Below, one piece after another: positions 60,276 through 64,000 of a stretch of 64,000 nucleotides of DNA. Each line of letters opens with the position of its first letter. Position 1 is the first letter of the stretch. The stretch comes from Hamiltosporidium tvaerminnensis FI-OER-3-3 (Eukaryota > Fungi > Microsporidia). A model generated the notes under the pieces. It was not told the origin of the DNA. It did no database searches and saw nothing but the letters and a program-made list of their open reading frames with translations. The stretch is from contig CM061255.1 in the NCBI GenBank assembly GCA_022605425.2, positions 248,001-312,000 on the forward strand. Reading direction: 5' to 3'. The position numbers and the translations under genes are program-made.

Positions 60276-62547
60276 AATTAACCGTTCGATTAAAACCCAT
60301 TTTTGAGGGTAATTAGTTTTGATTAATATTGATAACGTTTTTATCTTTACTGATCTCTATAAAATAAGAAATACATTTTTATCAAATTAAAATTTTATTA
60401 AATTATATGTTGTTTGGTACCGGTCTTTGCTAGATTGACTTCCTATTTTTGCCACAATATCTCTTTTTTTATCATTCCAGCTATGTTTAATTTTATCGAA
60501 TATTCATCGCTTTTATATCCTCTTGGCTATAAATCGGTATTTTGAATCTTTGAGGTTAGCAAATTGTTTTTTTTGTAGTAAAAATTTAAAAGATCTTACC
60601 TATATTTTTCCCAGCTTCTTTTATGAATATTATGCCGCGTTGCTTCATTCTCTGTATATTTTTCTTAATAATAGCCACTTCTATAGATAAATAAGATTAA
60701 TTGGCTGCCTTAGGAAATACAATCGATGTATTGTTACGGTAAATTTAAATAACGACTAATATTATTGATTGATTCAATCCATTAAAGAGAATCAAAGATG
60801 TTTTATTACATTTTCTGTTAATATTAATATTTCTGCATTTTCTTTGGTCACTTCGATGGATGAACGGCAATTTAGCAACGAGGTCTGTCGCTATTTTAGC
60901 AAGAAAATCATCAATAAACTTAGCCTTTCTGTTTTATGCCTCGCACCATAACACGTGTAAGATTATTTTGGTTCTTTCCATTTTAATTATTAGTTGTTCT
61001 TCTAAAAAATAAAATGCTAGGCAGATGCTAACTGATATGAATCATCGCTTCAACCAAAACTTCTTGAATTGAGCTTATCAAAAATCTATGATAAGTAAAT
61101 TTTCAAAATTGCTCATGGTATTTACATCATTATTAATAATACCCGGGATATTTAGAGTTTCTTATAAAATTTATTATTCTGTTATATTCAACTGAGCACC
61201 TTTTGAATTGACCGGTAAATTCAATATAACTGTTCAATCAAATTGAGAAAAACATATATGCTCAATATTGAGAAATTTTACGGGTAAAAAAACTTTTAGT
61301 GTTTTAATATATTTGACCAAAGAACGGAAACATAACTTAAGAAGTATAAGGTGAATCCGCTTTCTTATATTCATCATGCGTGACTATTTCATCATTCTTG
61401 TTCCCATTTTGGAAGAAGAACTATAATTCAATTATAATTAAAACTATACACTTGGATTATTGGCGCTCAAATATGTTACAATAATATCAGATTTTAAATA
61501 GCAAAAATATAGAATCCTCTTTTAGAATTACTTGCTGTTTTCATGCAAAATGCGTTTTGGTTTTTTAAAATCATAAAAATAAATTTTTCTTGTTTAGAGA
61601 GAGCCTCTGGGCGATCATTTTTGAGGGTAATTTTTAATTTAAATATCGTTTGATCTACTTTGCGGCATATATTTTGTAGGAAACCCAAATTTTTTCAGTC
61701 TCGTGCTTTCCCTAGATAAAATAGTGAAATTAAAACTCAAAATTTATCTTTCAATAATAGTATATTCGTGTAATAGAATTTTTATAACGCGCACTTCAGA
61801 ATAAAATACTTCCTCGGCTTATATCACAAGTTCATGTTTACAATTGATCTATTGTAATAGAATCTGTATATTTCAGGCCAGTCTACTGTGTATTTCTAAT
61901 GTGTTTCTATTTTTTAACATATTTGTAATCTATGTATTTCGAATCAGAAGGTTGATATCCATTTATCTAATCTTATTTAATTTATAAAATACTTATATTT
62001 CAGGTAAGCACTGATCAGTAAGCAATTTACCATTTTTAGGTGCATCTATAACTATTAATGTCATTTTTAATTCTTCACTTTGCTCATTTTTATTTTTATT
62101 TCAGCTAGGCTAAGTTTATTTAATCATATCGAAAATCCTGGCAAAATCGAATTGTTTATTGTTATACACAAGAATTATGTTCAGCACTATGAATTCCTGC
62201 TGTCTCTGTTCTGTTATGTAAAAAACTATTACATGCTATTCTAGCTGTGGATTCTGTCTAGTCCGTAGCAATTTTAGCCAGTCGAATGTGGCAATAAAGT
62301 TATTGCAGAGGCCTGAAATCTTCTGTAATAGATATAAGTAGATATTTCTAATTTCTACATAATTATTTGACCAGGTATATGTTTTGATTCAAACAAACTG
62401 ATGTATTTTGGTTTATCTTTTTTTTTCGAGTGATACGATAATAAAATATAGATAAACAAATCTGAATTTCTATTAAAGCCATGTATTATTTTTCTTATTC
62501 TAATTGAAAATATATTTTATATTTTCAATTTTTTATAATAAAAGTCG

Positions 62548-62612
62548 TATATTTCATATTTCATATTTCATATTTCATATTTCATATTTCTTAAATTCTT
62601 AAATTCTTAAAA
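62548..62612. repeat. (ATATTTC)n then (TTCTTAAA)n microsatellites upstream of the ING gene
   Basis: About 6 and 3 direct copies. Confidence 0.85.
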
Positions 62613-62809
62613 TATACGCTATAGTCAATCCTTTTATATCTTAGTCTTAAATGAATTTTAAATTTTAATTCCTTCATTCTTCATACTATTTACTCTGCTA
62701 GAATCTTATTTTATATCTTATAAATATTTTATGTGTTATTTCCTCCATTTTCTTATTTTAATACAAGTGTTACAAATTTTACTTGTTAAACTCTACAATG
62801 CCCTTCTTC

Positions 62810-63367
62810 ATGTTACTTAAAACATCTTTAGATACTTTAGAAGAAATACCTATTCAGATACAACAAGCACTTACAAAACTTAAAGAAACAGAATCAAAGA
62901 TAATGAAATACCAAGAAGAAATAAACAATAAATTATCTAAAATAGAAAATGACACATCTGATACAGATAAAGATTTAAATAAAGTAAACAGTGCATTACT
63001 AAATATTTATAAGCACGAGAAAGATATAGAAGTACATCTCAGTCATCTACATATGGTTTTGGATGAACAAATGTGTAATTTGGAAGAAACATGCGAAAAT
63101 TTTAAAGAAATTGTTTGTAAAACAGCAATACCACTTAAGAATAACAGAATTACTGGTGCTTTTGGAGTTTCACGTACAAATCAATCAGAAAAACAGGATA
63201 TTCCATATTGTTATTGCAGAAAGGGAGCAGAAGGACCAATGGTGGCATGTGACGGGCCAGAGTGTTCTCTTGAATGGTTTCATAATAAATGCGTTGGTCT
63301 TAAAGCACCACCTGTAGGTAAATGGCTGTGTAAAGAGTGTCAAGAAAAAACGGTAAAAGAAAAATAA
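62810..63367 (+). CDS. ING-family (Yng/Pho23-like) PHD-finger chromatin protein
   Basis: N-terminal coiled coil (SLDTLEEIPIQIQ) and PHD YCYC..GPMVACDGPECSLEWFHNKCVGLKAPPVGKWLC. Start is ATG 62810 (after CCC) or 62798. Confidence 0.93.
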   Translation: MLLKTSLDTLEEIPIQIQQALTKLKETESKIMKYQEEINNKLSKIENDTSDTDKDLNKVNSALLNIYKHEKDIEVHLSHLHMVLDEQMCNLEETCENFKEIVCKTAIPLKNNRITGAFGVSRTNQSEKQDIPYCYCRKGAEGPMVACDGPECSLEWFHNKCVGLKAPPVGKWLCKECQEKTVKEK

Positions 63368-64000
63368 TAGTTCTTAATAAAAAAATATTTCTGATCAAAA
63401 ATTGTTTTATTCTTGTATTTAGTACGTCATCTATAAATTTATTTCAGTTCCATTTTTTCGAACTTTTTTTTTACATTTTCTATTTACTTTTTTAATTACT
63501 TTTAACTTTTCTTTTTCTATTTTTTGTAACTTCTATTAAAGCTTTGAGCATAAATTTGTTGGAATGGACAAAAAATGTAAATACTGTTTTAAGAAAATAA
63601 ATAATTCTTTGATACAACAATAAATATAAATGAATATTTGCAATCTTCTAGTATATATCGAGTAATTTCACAAAGATAAACGATAAGAACTCACTTCTAA
63701 ATATTTAATTTTTATAAAAATATAAGAAAACAACCCAGTATTCCGATTAAAACATAAATCTTATTATTTGTTCATAAATATGTCACAACTAACAATAGTT
63801 AGTGAAGTATAATTGGATATAATTTAAAACAATTGATTGGTCAAAAAAAAATATTTGCACTAACAATCTTAAAAAACTGTTCTAAGTTTATTAAATGGCA
63901 AGAATGACTTGAATAAATGATGTTTTTTTAATTCTTTAGGGGTAGGATTATGATTCAATGTAAATGCTTGTTTGGATTTTTTTTCTAAAAATTGATCAAA

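Overview
Very AT-rich, gene-sparse eukaryotic DNA. The intronless housekeeping genes, CCC/GGG motifs before start codons, expanded LRR-like genes and Asn-rich coding insertions point to a large-genome microsporidian (Hamiltosporidium-like; this is an inference). Recognisable genes: IQGAP, an ER cyclophilin, a J-domain membrane protein, SF3A2/Prp11, glycyl-tRNA synthetase, a gamma-tubulin complex subunit, Cdc25, an ING PHD protein, a type I surface protein, a possible TAF1C/Rrn6, and two LRR-like genes. Mobile DNA: two copies of an RLE-type (R4/Dong-like) non-LTR retrotransposon, one apparently nested in an older RTE-like LINE. Three signals stand out. (1) A dispersed ~700-bp non-coding family (5 near-full copies plus fragments) whose core folds into a multi-helix RNA with UUCG/GNRA loops, G-U-tolerant changes and apparent compensatory changes. 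(2) In-frame fold-back insertions built from GGGTGTT/AACACCC-type units in unrelated conserved genes. (3) Repeated tandem duplication of gene start and stop regions. Several frameshifts sit in homopolymers and may be assembly errors. All alignments and folds were done by eye.
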